Part shown: positions 21,901-34,244 of the stretch, piece after piece
Layout of the letters: every line of letters starts with the position of its first letter
Numbering within the stretch: the stretch's first letter is position 1
Assembly (NCBI GenBank): GCA_003971905.1
Contig: RSEE01000136.1
Location: 1 to 64,000 of the forward strand
Direction: 5' to 3'
From: Moniliella sp. 'wahieum'
Lineage: Eukaryota
DNA length: 64,000 nucleotides
Made by a program: the position numbers and the translations under genes
The notes under the pieces: model-generated
Database searches by the model: none
What the model was told of the DNA's origin: nothing
The model's input: only the letters and a program-made list of their open reading frames with translations

Positions 21901-24900
21901 GACACGAAGTGGATGTGCGGATTGGTAGGCAAGGCGCCGCTTACTTGGTACGCTGTGCTGCCGAGCGTGGCAAACGCCTACTGGCCACCCAGAAAGGGCT
22001 GCTGTCCCCAAGAATCGGGAGCGTAGGTCGGTTCGTGGCCAGGGCAGGCCGATATGGACGCGCCAGCCAAGGAGGGGGTACCTGGGCTGGGAAGCCGCGC
22101 GCGGCGAGGGTCCAGTGGCGGGGGAGTGCGGTGCCGATGTGGGTGCGGGTGTCCCCCCGGCACACCTGGACCGCTCGGTTTCGCGACGAGCGTTGGGTCG
22201 TCGCGTTGCGGCCGCTGCGTCGGTTGGCGCACCCACAGTTGCCTTTCATCCACATTGGCTGCGACCACCACCTGCAACCCTAGCACCGCGCTGAATTTAA
22301 TCTCGTCGCGTCGGGGCGGCTTTTGCTTCTGCGCCACCAACCAGCACTTCGGGCCCGCTGCTGCAGCTCGTGTCCTAGCTTCTTCTCCTCTCGCTGCGCA
22401 CCAAGGCGGATGCGTGCTCATGGGGGATGGCGTCCCTTGCCTCCGCCTCTTGCTACCCATCCTTGTCCATGCAACGCCCGATGAGAGAGCGCGGCTGGGA
22501 CGCACGCCTAGGCGATGGTCTGCAGCAGCATGCCGAGCAAGACGCGCGGTTCACTCTCGCCCACCCACGTGTTGTCGGTACGACGAACCGGGCCTTGCCT
22601 GCAAACGTGAATCGTGTCCTTCCCGAATCTGCCGCTTTTGCTCAAGCACGGTCGACACGATGCTTGGCGGAATGCAAATCAACCTGAAGGCGGCCCACCC
22701 TTGGGGTACTGACAACTGGATGATACGTGTGGTGGCAACGAAGGCAGCAGTAGGGATTGCCCACTCCCCTTGCTGGTCAGCAGCACGCATCGTGCACACC
22801 GCTCACAGCCAGCAGCGCTCCAACCCAAAGTACCACCGCTTGTGGATGCTTTCTTTGCCGGTATTTGCTGTCCTCAGTCGACACAAGCGTTGCAAGAATT
22901 TGAGGTCCAATATCAAGACGTGGGTGGAGTCATCGCCAGCTTCTGGCACGATCTGGTGCCTATGAACATGAGGCCGCGCTTCTGCTGATCGCCACCTCAA
23001 GCCCGAGGAATGGGGGTTATTAGCCATGGTGGTCTGCGACAAGCAGAAAAGAAACGGTACTGCTGCTGATCGCCCCTGATAGCACGCTTGGTTGCGGTGC
23101 ACACCTCTCTGGACTTACAACTCCAGGATGAGTCCAGCGCGCTACGTTGTTGGTGGAGATGCCGATGCCTGTATGTGGTTCATATTCTGTTGCTGTGGCC
23201 CAAGTTGCTGACCATCTCGCTTTTGTCAGACGTACGAACGGGGGGTCACGCACTCATACAGTGCATCAACTCGTCGTGTCAGCGCCTGCCCCAGCGAGTC
23301 GCTCGAGGCGCCAATGGAGGGAGTGCCGGCACTGCGGGCACTGCGCTGTTTGGCCATGAGCTGCACCACTGGCACAGACAATTGCATTTCCCGCTGCCGC
23401 GCGGCAACCGATGGCCCTTGTGTTTTTGCGAGGAGCAGATGCTGTTTGGTGCTGCTCTGTTGTGCAGGGCCATGACGGGCGCGCAGAACGAGTCCGGGGC
23501 CCAAAAGGCCACAGCGGGTGCCTCCCGCACTTTGGCAACGCAAAGAAAAAGGATGCGGGTCAGCTGAGACTGGCTTGCCCGCCCGCCAGAGAAGGTGTTT
23601 TATGAAAGGGAAAACAAGCTCAGCAGCAGCTTCATCGCTTCGTCCCCACGGGACTAGGCCTGGCCCATGGCCAGGCCGGGACCTGTCGCTCGTCATCCCC
23701 CCTTGCTGGACCCTAGGAGAATGGGGGTGTGTGGCTGGATCGATGGACCTCACTCTCGAAGGAGTCTGAGAATGGATATCGCCATCTGGTTCGCCGACTG
23801 GGCTAGCAGCCATGCCAGGATGCCTTCAGTGGGCGGTGATCATTTGGCAGCAGCTATCCTTCATGAGGTCTTCCGATGCTACATTGTCAATCTGGCGCGG
23901 CACATTGAGGTGGAAGCCGACGCATTCCCCGCACCGTCTTGCCCGCTGGGTGGGCACTTTCCCCCGCACCTGCATGAAGATGAAAAAAGCAGGTGCTCCA
24001 TCGGGCCCCTCTCTACATGGTAGGGCCTGACGCTTCGGTTCTTGGGGCACACGTCATTACTCCGGCACACGCGTTACGTAGGAAGGAGATGGATCTCTTT
24101 GTCGATACGGAGACCAAGACAAAGCACCAAAAGAACAGAACTGGTACAAAGTGTGTTACATTGATCTTTGCTGCGGGCCGACTACCCCATCGCGAAGCCA
24201 GTGCTGCTTTGGAGCACTGGAAGGAGAAACGAGCTTCGATTCCTATCGCGTGGCCACTGGCCATTGGGCGCCCTCACTTTTGCGCTGCGCGGTTCGACGT
24301 ATGAGGGTATCCCCACCCAACTGTACCATCCCTGTTGTTTGCGTGGATGGGGGGGGACGTTTTCTCCCTCCACCTATCGAGCCGAAGCACAGCCTTGAAA
24401 ACGGGCTAGGCATTGTCGGCGCTCTCGGTTCTCATGAACGCAAGACGAGCTAGATGTTTTTTTGCAGGGCGTTCTGAACTGCGTGGGCCACGCCCGTTTG
24501 GATGTTCAAGTTTAGTGCCAGTCGTAGGCCAAGGCGGGGAAGGTATCCGGCGTGCCGCATCCCTGGTCATCAGCGGTACCACTGTATCCAGCCGGATTGA
24601 TGCCTCCGTCAAGTGTGGGGCTGAGCGAGCCGAAGCAGAGCCGTCTGAAGATGCCGTAGGCGCAGAAGCCCTTCTGGCCAATGTGCCCAAGGAAGGACTT
24701 GGTGTTACTACTATGTCGGTGAGCCTATCCAACTCGGTCTGTGCTGGCCTCTTTTCGCTCTGAAGATTGGTGTGCGTCGGCGGCTCGCGGCATCAGCCTC
24801 GCCATCAGGACTCCATGGAGAACATAACATGGGCCATCAGGACTCCATGGAGAGCATGTCATGGCCCGCAAATGGTGAGGCTGATCGGAGATCGTAACCC

Positions 24901-26284
24901 TCACCACGCTGCCGATTCTAGGGGCCGAGGGAAGAGGAGCGGGCAGCATAGTGGGAGCGGGCGCCAAGACCTCGTGGGCTGGACTGGGCGCAGACGCGCA
25001 GCGTATGCTCATCGTCCCATTCTTTCTGATGGCGTTCGTCGTGGGGCGTGCTTGTCTGGATATTGACTCTGATTTGCGACGTATGTTACCGCGCTCACAG
25101 GTTCCTGTGTTTTTCTCCGTACGTCCTCCCAAGCGGCCAATCGTCGCGTAATGCATGAAAACGACACCCTACAAGACGGCTTTCCCTGTGGACCGTGCCT
25201 AAGAGCCAGGGGACGAGTTAATCATGGAAAGTAGGATGGCTAATATCCAAGTGCCTGAGCGACATGTGGGCGGGATGGGCTGTTGGACGGGAGGGAGGCA
25301 ACTGGTGGTGGCACAAGACGGAATAAGTCCACCTTGGTCACCAGTGTGCCTGTGATGGCCGTCGTGCGTCGCGAAGGGTTAGTTTGGGCGATGGTGGCGG
25401 CTTGCGTTGCTTGAGCAAGTCGCAAGAACTAGTAGCTTGAATATTGTGAAGCTTGAAGAGGCTGAGACCTTGTCACGGGTCGGGCTAGATGGTACGAAGC
25501 GTACAAACAGGGAAGGAGCGAGACGCTCGGACGAAGACACTGGAAATGGGAGCGAGAGCAGCCAGGCCATGACATGTGACAGCTATTGATGCTTAGCGCG
25601 TAGCGCCGACCAGACGCCTGCAGTATTCATTCTCACCCCGCCGGGCGAGCATGCACTTGTCGCTGCCCACCGGCTGCCCGCAGTCTCAGGGTGTGGCGCG
25701 AAGTGACTAGTGACTGTGACTGGTGACTGCGACATGTGACGCATGTGACGCGTGAGTGATTGTGACCACGGGCGATCGATGATCGATGATCGATGATCCA
25801 TATCCATGATCGATGATCGATGATCATCGATGCAGTTGATGACGCAACACACACCGTCGCAGCAATGGCGAGCAAGGCGGGGGGGATCGGTTGGTGCCTA
25901 GCAAGCGTCGCAGACTCGCCTGTGGCCTCCTGTGGCGGGAGGCGAACCTGCCTCGGATACTGGCCAATGCAAAGGCAACTCCTTATGTATACCACCCCAC
26001 ACGAGAAGAGCACAAGACACGCGTCGCAGTTTCAACGTTCAACCATCGATCACTGATTAATGATCGACGACCATACTCTGTATCTGTGCGGTGCGACTCA
26101 GTATAACATGTACGTATGGTAACCGCTAAGCCGCCGAAAAAGCGGAGGGCGTACGGATACTTCGGCCGAATTGGAGCTACCACACTCACGCACGTTTCCC
26201 CACAACCTGCCATAGGACACTTAAAAAGGCAGATGATTCCATCCCCCCACCCTTCCTTACTCTTCACCATCACCACCTACTACC

Positions 26285-27076
26285 ATGACTCGGCTTCCTC
26301 TCTTGGTCCTCGCAACTATCTCACATGTCTGCCCACACGGTCGGCTTGGGCCCTACCGACAAAGGCAGCTTCAGCGTTGTCCCACCAAACATATCCGTAC
26401 CCTGGTTCATCTACCAGGCCCAGTCGGAGTTGCACCTCAACTTTGCCAACTCGAACGTGTCTGCGGTCGTTGAACAACCCGGCCAGCTTCTCACACCCAA
26501 TCGTAAGTCCTTTGTCCCCCAATGGAGAAAGGAGACCGATGAGTATCGGGTAATAGAGGATGAGACGTGAAAGGCGAGAAGGGATGTCTGATATTCTTAT
26601 TCCCCCGATCACAGAAACCACGGCTCTCCCGCAAGTGGGTGTCAACCCGCTGTTTGCCCTCGCGCACGGGACGGAGGACAAGTATATCTTTCTTTATGTT
26701 GATCCGTCGATCTACGGGACGAACGGGTCTGAAGTTGGACTGCACACGCTTGTGGCTAATTTGACCATTGCCTACCCCCTCTGGAGGGCTGGTTGACCAA
26801 CTTGACCTACACCTCTGGCGAGTTTTGGCTCCTTACATCAGCCCCACACCATACGAGGGCGCCGATGTGCACAGCTATACCCAACTGCTGTTTGCACAAC
26901 CTTTGGGATGGACCCTTCCGTCCAAATATGACTACCTTCTCCCTTATAACCCGACAAACCTAACGAACCGTCTCGGTCTTGACCTAGCCGAGTTTGTCCA
27001 AGGAGCAGGTCTGGGCGAGCCGTTAGCGGCGACATACTACAACATGTCCAAGATCCCCGAGCCCGCGTCGAGTTGA
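26285..27076 (+). CDS. Secreted phosphatidylethanolamine-binding (PEBP) family protein; one intron ~26503-26614; apparent frameshifts
   Basis: Hydrophobic N-terminus MTRLPLLVLATI, then KYIFLYVDP, PYISPTPYEGADVHSYTQLLFAQP and RLGLDLAEFVQGAGLGEPLAATYY, matching the PEBP pattern. Intron GTAAGT...CTGAT...CAG. Confidence 0.85.
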
Positions 27077-28963
27077 CGCATTCTCTCTTTTCCGTGTGCA
27101 TGAAGCGAAGCGCGTGTTCCAAGCCACATCCGATTTGATCAGATTTGATCGTATGCAAACTCAGCTCAGGCCCGTCGGCTCTACCCAACACTCGATCCCG
27201 CTCCCCAATTCAATTCAGTCCGATCAAGTGAATCGGTAGCCATCGCGTGGTTATCGAGTTGTCGTATCCTTGCCATATAGTCGACCCGCGCCCGTTTATC
27301 TTACATTTCTATTGCGCCTGCGCAAACCTTCCCTCTGTTCTTTGCCTCCCTTTCTACCTCTGTTCGTTAGCCTTTTGATCTAGCCTGTACCCATGGTCGG
27401 TGGGGGTTCTTTCCCCATCCCCGTCCTCGCCCTTCAGGCCTATCCTGTTCACCAAACCTGCCCGTTTCCATGAATTGATTCTGTGGGCAACTTCTGCTCG
27501 TAGTTATTCCTCCGCCCTCGTCCTTGTCCTCTAGCTCCCGTGGCTTGCTTTCAGCCGTTCACATCCAAACAGGTCGGTGTGCCCTCCTCGTGCCACGTGG
27601 AAAAAGCCGCGTGGGTCCCCCTTCCACCGAAGCCGCCTTTTCAGTCAGAGTTCAGCTCCAGCTCTGACAGTGTTTGTCCTCCACTCCCCCCTCCCGTGCC
27701 TGAGCCTCGAAGGCTTCATACGCGTTACTACCGTCCAAGCTGGTGCAATGTACTAGCCATGCAACATCTGCAGCCGCCTCTGTTGTACGCGAGAGGTCAC
27801 TCCTTGTCCCTAATCCTGCTCCGACCCACCAATCAGCCCAACCGCGTAACTCCCGTGAGTTGACCTTAAGACCTCCAAGGGATCGTACCTCTGACCTCTC
27901 TTCCCCGGGCGTTCCACCTGGCGGTGCCTGCCCCTGACAGTGTCATATATAAGTGTATGCAGCAGATAAGGGCATTTTGAATCCAAAACGTAAAAGTTCA
28001 GCTGACAGGAGAGTTACTCTCTGCGCTCACCAGTCCTTTCCACGTTTGCCACTAGTCGTCTTGCTTCAATTATGTCCTCCCATTCTGGGATTTGATTCCA
28101 ACCATGCTTGTGCCCACGCAGTAGTACTAGATCTGATCATTCCCATCTCGAGACTCAGTAGTCTCATCAGTTGGCGGCTGATGCGTGGCCTATAGAATAC
28201 TGTGGCAGCCTTTCCTCTTTTTCAGATATCAAGACGATATGGGTGGAAGAATGAATCGATAGTGGCAGTGGCGCGAAAAAGGAAGAAAGGTGTGTCTACA
28301 GCCAGCTGCCAGGTCTTAAACAATGATTGTTTTTGGATCGATGGCATAATAGTCTGACAAGTGCATATATCTGCTGTAATTACCCCATTGCCAACTAGTG
28401 ATGCGCATCATGCATCATGCATCGTGCACATCATGGCCAAATCCTGCATCACATTAATCACGCTGCTTCACGCATGACGTCATGCGTCGACGCGCCAGCG
28501 GGCGAGATCTCGGAGCGGCTCACACCCCCTCTTCTATGCCCCACCGACGCCGTCAGCAAGGCACTGAGAGCTGCCAGTCCGCCCTACACGCTTCGCCTCG
28601 ACTTCACTCCTCATCGGCATACACTGATATCTCGTGACAGGCCACCTGCCCGGCCAGGTATACTCCTGCCCCAAGCCGACGGACGCTGCGCGCGCGCGCT
28701 TGCTGCTACATCCCAGCAGCATGGGGGTAGTCAGACACGACGCGCGAGTGTGATCGAGTGATCTCCGCATCTATATTGTCGCTTCTTCACCCGCCTGTGT
28801 TCATCAGCCGGTAAGCGTTTAAATACCCTGATCCTGCTTCAATCGCCATTCTGGCCAACCCCATCCAGACGTCCGGCCATCCCTCCCTCCCTCAGTCCGA
28901 GGAGTGTTTGGCCTGTATACGCCTCCACAGCGAACGTATCGCCCTCCCCTCCAATACGACACG

Positions 28964-30278
28964 ATGGTGTTCAAAACCGCATACCGCGCGTTGAAGAACC
29001 TGCGCTACAGCAGCTCCGAGGTCCTGATCCGCCGAGCCACCAGCAACACCGAGTCTCCTCCAACTGAAGATCTACTGGCTGAGATTGTGCGACGGACGTA
29101 TTCACGCGAGCAGTTTATTTGATGATGGCTATGCTCGACCGTCGTCTGAATGACCGAACGCGCCAGTGGCGGCACGGTTCAAGTCCCCTGTCTTGTCGGC
29201 TACCTTCTGCGTGACGGCCCCCGCTACGTTGAATACTTCCATAACAATGTCTACCTCATCAAGACCCTGCGTGAGTTCCAATACCAGCAAGGCTGGCGAA
29301 GATCATGGCGAACTAGGTACGTGCCTTACTTCGCTCTGTGATAGTGTGGCCATCTCAATTGACTTATGATTCACCGTTATTACACATTCGTATCATGCGA
29401 CACCTCAGTTCGCGACAAGGCGCGCGAGATCAGCATGCTCCTTAATAATGACCATCAGTTGCGCCGCATCCGGGTGCGCTTCCCCCACCGGCGGCGTTCT
29501 TACCACGTTGTCTGTCTCTTCTGATGATTCTTCCTTCATTGATGAGGAAGATCTGGCGAGCGTTGGGTACGACCAAGAGGCCGAGCGTCGCCAGCGTGAC
29601 CAAAATGCTGCCAAAGCACGAGCGTTGGAGGAGAAGCGCAGGGCTACTTTGGCCCAAGACCATGCTCTGTCTCTAAGACGTGCACAAGAGGCGTTGTATG
29701 ACCAACAGCGGGAAGACGCCCAAGTTCGTGCAGCACTTTCAGAAAAACAGCAAGTGGAAGCCTTGCCCTCAGCACCTGAACAAGGTGGCTGGCCACGCCA
29801 CGAGCAGGCACCAAATATGTTTGGCCTCGCCGCTCAGTACACGAGCATGTTGCCTTCTTGCAATCCCTACCAAATGGTTTCTGCAGCCTCAGTTTTCCTC
29901 TTTCTCCGGCGGATCTACCAACCCTTTCGCTGCGCATTCCATGACGGACCAAGTCCCCTCGTCGCCCTCTGTCATGCCACCCCATCTCTCGCCATTTCGC
30001 GTGCGACCAGTGTGACTTCAAGTTCGAGCTTCACCACCCGCCCAGCCTCATCCGTGCAAACCAACCCTTACTATCAAGCTCGGTCCAAGGCCGGTTCAGC
30101 ATTTATGGACCAGCTCGATTTGATGCTGGCTAATGGCAACGGGATTGATACTTTTGGCAACACGGGAAATCAACGGCTAGGGCACTTTGCTCCACAACGG
30201 ACCCGTCTCTTCATCCCTGACCGTGCCCAATTGCCCCCCGTGGTTTCTCCTTTGCTTAGCGAGTTTTGGTTACATTGA
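28964..30278 (+). CDS. ENTH-domain epsin-like protein (Ent1/Ent2 type); intron ~29317-29408; apparent frameshifts, 3' end approximate
   Basis: KNLRYSSSEVLIRRATSN...EIVRRTY, MLDRRLND...WRH, YLL...NVYLIKTLREFQY...GEDHG / VRDKAREI form an ENTH domain. Followed by a coiled-coil, NPF/NPY motifs and DTFGNTG, a motif I recall from fungal epsins. Confidence 0.88.
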
Positions 30279-32213
30279 GCTCTGGCCACAGCATATGGGT
30301 TTCCCTACCACCCTTTTACCGAGCCCCTAGGCATCTTTTTCACTTTGATGATTGTCGTCTGTCCCCAACAGTCATCTGTTTTCCATCCAAGGCCTACTAA
30401 ACTCACACTGAGAGCCAACAGAACTCTCAACAAGCCCCTTCTCCTGGTCATCCTCCCCTTCTCACCAAGAGTCCTACACGGTGACAGCTCGATCCGTCAA
30501 CCTTCTTATACTGTAGCATATTCCATTTCGAATACCAACTATCCATCCTCGTTTTCGCCTCCCATGATGTGCATGATGGTTCCTCTAACCAGGCTCACAA
30601 TCTACCAGGCTCACAATCTCGCAGAAAACAGGGGATAAAAGCCGAGTGCGGTGATCCCCGCTTCAGACTGGCCCGGCGCGTAAGGGGAAGACGTGCAAAT
30701 AGCTGGACGAGGCAATCCACATGTATTGATAGAACGCAGAGAAGATTGGTGGGTAAAAAGGAGTTGTGGAAGATGGCGAAGAGATGACGGCAGCAGGGAG
30801 GGTTGCTGCACGCCTGATACCTTTATCCTCATATGCCTCGTGGCCGCGTCGATGGATCAAGCGTGGCGCGTAACACGTAGTTGGCAATGGGCCTGCTATC
30901 CAATATAGAACCTGGGGCCTGAGAGGCCTGAGATCGAGAGGCGCCCACCGGCAAAAAGACGCAGGTACTCGATACACTGCAGGCAAATACAGAGCGGAAA
31001 CCATCAGAGCCATCATGCATCACCCGTCCGCAGTCGCACAATGGCGCTGCGCACCATCGAAGGCACTGGGTCTGTGCGATGAGCGCCACCTACCAAGTCT
31101 CCTGTCGAGATGCGGGGGCGCACCCGCTGCGGACGCGCTGACGACGGACCGGGGGAGGCGAGGCTGGCGACGCAGGACGAGGCAGTGGCTAGCGGTCGGC
31201 GGAGCAGCAGCGACCAACGGAAAACGAACACAGATCGGGGCACAGACCCTGCACCAGCCGAACGGTCGTGCGCACGGGCCCATCGATGTTCGTCTCGCGC
31301 TAGCATCATGCATCATGCATCACAACAATAAGAAGCCACAGTAGCATACGTGGGTGGAGAGCGGCCGGAAGGAGAGAGCGGCCACGTAGCCCCTGTCACA
31401 TGCATGTCACATGCTCCATGCCACATGTCAATGTCACATGATGCATGACGACTGACGCTACTGAAGCTATGATCCTGTGTCCTCGGCCTACTCAGTACTC
31501 AACGTACTCAACGGTGAACTCCACTACGTACGTCACACGTCAACGTTCAACCAGTCGGCGTGGGCTTCTGCATCAGATAATCGATGATCGATGAATTGGT
31601 GAAGCTTAGCTTGAAGCTTGAGGCTTCAAGACGTTGAAGCTTCCCGTGAAGCTGGAAGCTTAGAAGACGCACTCGGGCTTCAGCGCTTCAGCGCCGGCGA
31701 GAGCTAACCCTCCTGAGGACGGTCGCCGGGTATTGAATTCGGACAAGAATTGCTAATTGTGGGAGCACGGGGATTCAGAACTCAGGATCCCAGAGAAACG
31801 CGCACAGGCACCGCGGACGACGGAGTTCGAGGGACACGATTCCATTTGTAACATGTAACAGGTAAGCGCTGTTGGATGTTGGGTACGTACCTAACCTATT
31901 TTGGCCACACCGAAAGAGACGCTTCGATCGTTCCCAACCAGTTTCATGAGGCGGTTCAACGTTCAACAAACCTTAACTGTGGCGCAGAGCGCTAGCTAGT
32001 CCCCTCTCCACGACACGGGGCACCGCACACCACGCACCGCGCACCCACGTTGTCAATTCTTCTCCCTGTGGACTCCGAATCCCCAGCTGGCTTTCACAGG
32101 GAAAGTAATATATGTAGAGGCCCCCGCAGCCTCTTCTGCGCAGTTCGCGTTCTCTCTCTCCCTTCCTCACGTCCATCGACCATCCTATTAACATCTGCGT
32201 TTCCCCTCGACCC

Positions 32214-33927
32214 ATGTCCTACCCTGGTCCTTCCATCCAATATCCGCCTTCGGGCCAGGCGGCTCCCTCGACTCCGCACCGGCCTCGGCGTGGCCCCATT
32301 CGGATTATCGTCCTGTGCGATGGCACGTGGGCGTCGCGAGAGGCGGTGTTTACCAAGGTGCAACAGGGTGTGGCTACATCCAAGACGGCGTCGGCTGACT
32401 GGTACACCAATGTGGCCTGTTGGCGCAATGTATTCTGCCTGCTGCCGACCGGGCAGATGGGAACGGGTACGTGCGCCCGCAGATCCTGCACTACATGACG
32501 GGGTTGGGGTCCATGCCGGACTTGAAGCAGAAAATTGTCCAGGGCGCCACGGGCCAAGGGATTGACGATAAGGTACTAGAGGGCATCCGGTTCATTTACG
32601 ACAATTACCAGCCCGGGGACGAGATCTTGCTCTTTGGCTTCTCCCGCGGCGCGTTTACGGCGCGGTGCATTGCTGGCGTGATTGACTTTGCCGGCGTGCT
32701 GACCAAGCCGCAGAGCATTCGTCTCAACGAACTGTGGAAGGCGTACATTGAACGTCGACCAGACCAGCCTTGGACGATTGCCAGGGCGTGCTACGTGTTG
32801 CATGACATTACCGGTCGTTGGCCGAACGGGAGTTCGGTCGGAGTAGCGAGCGTGGCATCGGACCTGGTCGCGGCACATTTGCCCAACGGGTGTCCCAGTC
32901 GCTCAAGCACATCAGTATCCTGCGTCCGTCTCGTTCGACACGTTGACCCAAGGTGCCAATCCTGCGAACCTGTGATGCCTAGTCCTACGGTAGAAGTGGT
33001 GCCTATCAAGGTGGTAGGTGTGTGGGACACGGTGGCTGCTCTTGGGGTGCCCGGGCTGTTCAAGACGTTGGCCAATGAGCATATGACTTCCTTTTTCGAC
33101 CCGGGCTTGGGTGCCGGGGTGGAGAATGGGTTCCATGCACTATCACTTCACGAGGATCGCAAAGATTTCCTACCTACCTTGGGGTACCAACAAAAAAACG
33201 CTCCTCGCAACCAGATTCTCAAGCAAACGTGGTTCCAAGGGTGCCACGCTGATGTGGGTGGAGGCTATTCTCTCCATGGCCTGTCCGACATTACCTTAGC
33301 TTGGATGGTGGCTCAACTGCACGACCATCCCTCGGGCCGCTGGGGATTGACTTTGACCACCTCCGGTCGCTGCAGGACAAGCGGTACGTGGGCCAAGCAG
33401 GCGGAGCACGAGAGTCGGATGGCGATCGAGGAGCAGGCGGTGCGGCAGGTGGACAATGAGCGCCTGACCAAGGCCGATCTGGTTGGTGTCGTATGGAGCG
33501 ACATGCTCCAAGGTGGGCAGTAGCGCCCGGCACGAATCGCTTCACTTTTCGTCGTCGTGGGTGGGACGTACAATCCTGTACCTCGCCGCAGTTTGAGGCG
33601 CTGCGCAAGCAGGACCCGAACCGGTTGACGTACCTTTGGCAGCAAGCTAGCAACCCCAATACGCTCCTCCCGACCGAGCGAGCTCTTCGGGGCGCCGGAA
33701 CGGAGAAGCCCGTGCCGCCGACTCTGCAAGACAAGGCCTACGACCATATGATGCAGACGTCCCAAGGCTTGCAAAAAGTGGCGGACCAGTTTGTCAACAA
33801 GTTCCACGTTTCCGACACGCACAACTTACGGCCTGGCACGTTGGGGCAGGGTATCGAGGCCATGCGTTCTCGCTTGGACCACAGTCCTTTGTCAATGAAG
33901 GAGCGTGTTGACAAGGACAGCCGCTAA
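32214..33927 (+). CDS. DUF2235 / Tle1-like alpha/beta hydrolase (putative phospholipase); apparent frameshifts
   Basis: Motifs in order: RIIVLCDGTW, TNV, Y..GLG, YQPGDEILLFGFSRGAFTAR, IKVVGVWDTV, HALSLHEDRKDF.PTL, QTWFQGCHADVGGG, LSDITLAWM. Confidence 0.93.
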
Positions 33928-34244
33928 GTGCTAAACGTTGTCGATTTTCGGATTGGCCGTTGTGGACCTTTGGATTCTTCCTATTCTCCTATTCGCGAGT
34001 TTCCCGATATGAATCACTTCCTGGCTATCAACAAGTCCAATAGTATCCATAGGCTTTTCGCACACAATGATTAGTTGCTTATGCCAGCCGCAGTGGGATC
34101 CAAACACGGGGCAGCGCAACAAAACGAACGGCTTCTGGCCCGAAACGAGGGACAAGAGAAAGGGCAAAGCGAGGGACAAGACGAGGGACAAGACGAACTA
34201 GGGAAGGGACGAGCACAAGGACAGCTCAGGCCGCCGTCTCCACC

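Noticed and set aside
32214..33927. Bacterial T6SS effector acquired by recent horizontal transfer
   Set aside because: DUF2235 proteins are common in fungi and nothing in the flanks looks bacterial.
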